From contig JANLPS010000545.1 in NCBI GenBank assembly GCA_031367385.1, positions 1-13,982 of the forward strand: DNA of 13,982 nucleotides. The letters run 5' to 3'. The stretch's first letter is position 1. Every line of letters begins with the position of its first letter. This DNA comes from Archangium sp. Lineage in GTDB: Bacteria; Myxococcota; Myxococcia; Myxococcales; Myxococcaceae. Positions 11,780-13,982 of the stretch are shown here, piece after piece. Position numbers and translations under genes: made by a program. Under the pieces are notes generated by a model. It was not told the DNA's origin and ran no database searches. It was given only the letters and a program-made list of their open reading frames with translations.

Positions 11780-13982
11780 TTGGACAAGAACAAGATCATC
11801 GAGGCCGCCGCGAAATTGGTCGCGAAGGGGGCCTACGACAAAGCGATCAAGGAGTACCAAAAGATCCTGGAGGTGGACGGCAAGGACGTTCGCATTCTCC
11901 AGAAGATGGGGGAGCTGTACCAAAAGAAGAACGACAACTCACAGGCGGCCATCTACTTCACCAAGGTCGCCGAGAGTTACGCCAACGACGGCTTCTTCTT
12001 GAAGGCCGTCGCGCTCTACAAGCAGGTGCTCAAGCTCGACCCCGCCTTGATGGACGTGAACATCAAGCTCGCCGAGCTGCATCAGCAGCTGCAGCTCATG
12101 GGCGAAGCGATGGCGTATTACCAAATCGTCGCCAACCACTACGACAAGGCCGGCGACGTTCGCAAAAGCCTCGACGTGCTCAAGACGATGGTCGACTTAG
12201 ACCCCGACAACGTACCGTCGCGGGTGAAGTTGGCTGACCTCTACCTGCGCGAGCAGATGCAGCCCGAGGCGATCGCCGAGTTTCAGCGCGCCGCCGAGCA
12301 CCTCAAGCGCCAGGGCAGCGTCGATGATTATCTTCGCGTCGCCGAGCGCATCAGCGCCATCGAGCCCAACAACCTGGTGCTCGCGCGTGAGCTTGCTGAA
12401 ATTTACCTGCAGAAGAACGATCAAAAGCGCGCGCTGGCGAAGCTGCAGATCTGCTTTCGCGCCGACCCGCGCGACATCGACACGCTGCGGTTGTTGGCGG
12501 TGGCTTTTCAGGGCCTTGGGCAAACCTCGAAGACGGTCTCGGTCTACAAAGAGCTCGCCCGCGCTTACGAAGGCCGCAACCAGCTCGATGACGCCGAGAA
12601 GGTGTGGCAGCAGGTCTCGCTGCTCGACCCGCATGACCCCGACGTGCAGGCCCGCAACCAAGCCTCGATGCCGCAGCAGGCCTATGTGCCGCCTGCGCCG
12701 CCGATGTCTTCACCGGTGCCGCAGCGAGCGCCTGCCGCTTCGCACGTGCCAGTACCGGCCCCAGCGCCCGCGCCCGCCGCCGAGCGACCCAAGGTCGACA
12801 ACATCGCGAAGCTGCTGACCGAGACCGACGTCTACGTGAAGTACGGGCTGCACGACAAAGCCCTCGAGCACCTTCGAAAGATCTTCGCGACTGACCCCGA
12901 GAACATCGACGCCCACGAAAAGGCGTACGCGATTTACGTCGCCTCGAACAACAGCGGGCAGGCCTTCGAGCAGCTGCTCAACGTGCTGCGGCTGCACACC
13001 CGCCGGGCCGATGCGCAGCGCGCCCAGCCCTACCTCGCGGCGATTCTTCAGCAAAACCCGGGGCACACCGAGGTGCCCGCGTTTCTGGCCACGCTGCGCC
13101 TGGCCGGGCCCGCACCGGTCAGCAGCCCCAGCGGTCGCCACGAGATCAGCGAAGAGGCGATTCTGGTCGACTCGAGCGACGACGAGGTCATTGTCGCCGA
13201 CGAGCACGAAGAGGTCTTGAGCGCCGAGCTCGAGATCGACGAGCCGGGGTTCGAAGCCGCCGAGGTCATCTCCGAAGACGAGCCGATAGAAGAGGCTTCT
13301 TCGCAGCCGCAGTCGTACGAGGCCATCTCTGACGACGGTGAGGCTGAAGTGGTCTCGGAGTTCGAGGCCCCGGAGCACGTCACCACGCTCGCGGGCGAAG
13401 AAGGCTACGAAGAGCTCATCACCACCGGCGAGACCGAAGCGCTGGTCGACGAGCCCAGCTTCGTCGATTTGCCAGCGGCGGCGCCCGAGTACGCGCCGTG
13501 GGGCGAGCTGGGCGGCGAAGAAGAGCAGAGCACCGAAGGCCGGGGCATGCAGGCGCCCGCGGGCATACCGTTGACCACCACGCCGATGTACCGCGGCGTC
13601 GCACCGGCGGCGGCTGAGCCCGAGCCCGAAATCTACGAGCAAGAAGACGTGTTCGACTCGCCGACCAGCGTGGGCATGCCGGTCGACAAGCGGCAGGCAC
13701 CGACCGCGAGCCAGACGCAATACGCCTCGCACGACTTCGAGCCCGAGCAGGAGCTCGCTCCCGAGACGTACGACGGCCCGGCCGACGTGGGCCTGGGTGA
13801 AGAGCCGTCAGAGGTGGTCGAAGAGCCGGTCGACATGCCTCCCGAAGAAGAGCCCGCCTCAGAAGAGTGCGACGAGGCGACCTTCTTCTTGGAGCAGGGC
13901 CTGCTCGACGAGGCCCGCGAGATTCTCGAGACGGTGTTGATCGCCTACCCCGAGCACCAGCGCGCCGCGGCCTTGATGGCGC
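11780..13982 (+). CDS. sgmX: Large tetratricopeptide-repeat protein SgmX, a type IV pilus activator and MglA effector (3' truncated by window edge)
   Basis: Manual translation from TTG at 11780: MDKNKIIEAAAKLVAKGAYDKAIKEYQKILEVDGKDVRILQKMGELYQKK..., open with no stop to the window end (734 codons); in-frame TGA upstream at 11765-11767. Tandem TPRs, Pro-rich linker, further TPRs (KLLTETDVYVKYGLHDKALEHL), a long acidic region, then EECDEATFFLEQGLLDEAREIL. N-terminus and position after accC match M. xanthus SgmX as I recall it. Confidence 0.9.
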   Translation, partial: MDKNKIIEAAAKLVAKGAYDKAIKEYQKILEVDGKDVRILQKMGELYQKKNDNSQAAIYFTKVAESYANDGFFLKAVALYKQVLKLDPALMDVNIKLAELHQQLQLMGEAMAYYQIVANHYDKAGDVRKSLDVLKTMVDLDPDNVPSRVKLADLYLREQMQPEAIAEFQRAAEHLKRQGSVDDYLRVAERISAIEPNNLVLARELAEIYLQKNDQKRALAKLQICFRADPRDIDTLRLLAVAFQGLGQTSKTVSVYKELARAYEGRNQLDDAEKVWQQVSLLDPHDPDVQARNQASMPQQAYVPPAPPMSSPVPQRAPAASHVPVPAPAPAPAAERPKVDNIAKLLTETDVYVKYGLHDKALEHLRKIFATDPENIDAHEKAYAIYVASNNSGQAFEQLLNVLRLHTRRADAQRAQPYLAAILQQNPGHTEVPAFLATLRLAGPAPVSSPSGRHEISEEAILVDSSDDEVIVADEHEEVLSAELEIDEPGFEAAEVISEDEPIEEASSQPQSYEAISDDGEAEVVSEFEAPEHVTTLAGEEGYEELITTGETEALVDEPSFVDLPAAAPEYAPWGELGGEEEQSTEGRGMQAPAGIPLTTTPMYRGVAPAAAEPEPEIYEQEDVFDSPTSVGMPVDKRQAPTASQTQYASHDFEPEQELAPETYDGPADVGLGEEPSEVVEEPVDMPPEEEPASEECDEATFFLEQGLLDEAREILETVLIAYPEHQRAAALMA

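Noticed and set aside
11648..13836. Track ORFs in the last 2.3 kb (e.g. 11697-12002, 12324-12818, 12710-13732)
   Set aside because: All are off-frame or antisense shadows of the continuous sgmX frame starting at 11780.
1..13982. Mobile elements, CRISPR arrays, tRNA/rRNA, defence systems or pseudogenes
   Set aside because: I saw no transposase or integrase motifs, regularly spaced repeats, cloverleaf sequences, frameshifts or compositional islands; gene packing is tight and frames are intact.

Overview
GC-rich myxobacterial (Myxococcota, most likely Myxococcales) chromosomal segment with all credible genes on the + strand. It is the distal part of the conserved type IVa pilus (social motility) locus: the 3' end of a sensor kinase (pilS2-like), a sigma54 response regulator (pilR2-like), a small XRE-family HTH gene, pilM-pilN-pilO-pilP-pilQ, an uncharacterised Cys-rich lipoprotein, the Roadblock/LC7 polarity protein gene mglC, efp, accB, accC, and the 5' ~734 codons of the TPR protein gene sgmX. 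sgmX starts at a TTG, runs off the window and is absent from the supplied ORF track. The gene order matches my recollection of the Myxococcus xanthus pilS2-pilR2-pilMNOPQ-lipoprotein-mglC-efp-accB-accC-sgmX region, so the locus as a whole is a known system rather than a new one. I found no mobile element, CRISPR array or RNA gene. The least explained parts are the 73-aa HTH gene with operator-like inverted repeats ahead of pilM, the lipoprotein coupled to pilQ, and the structured intergenic regions before efp and sgmX. Gene names rest on motif recognition and remembered synteny, not on database searches.
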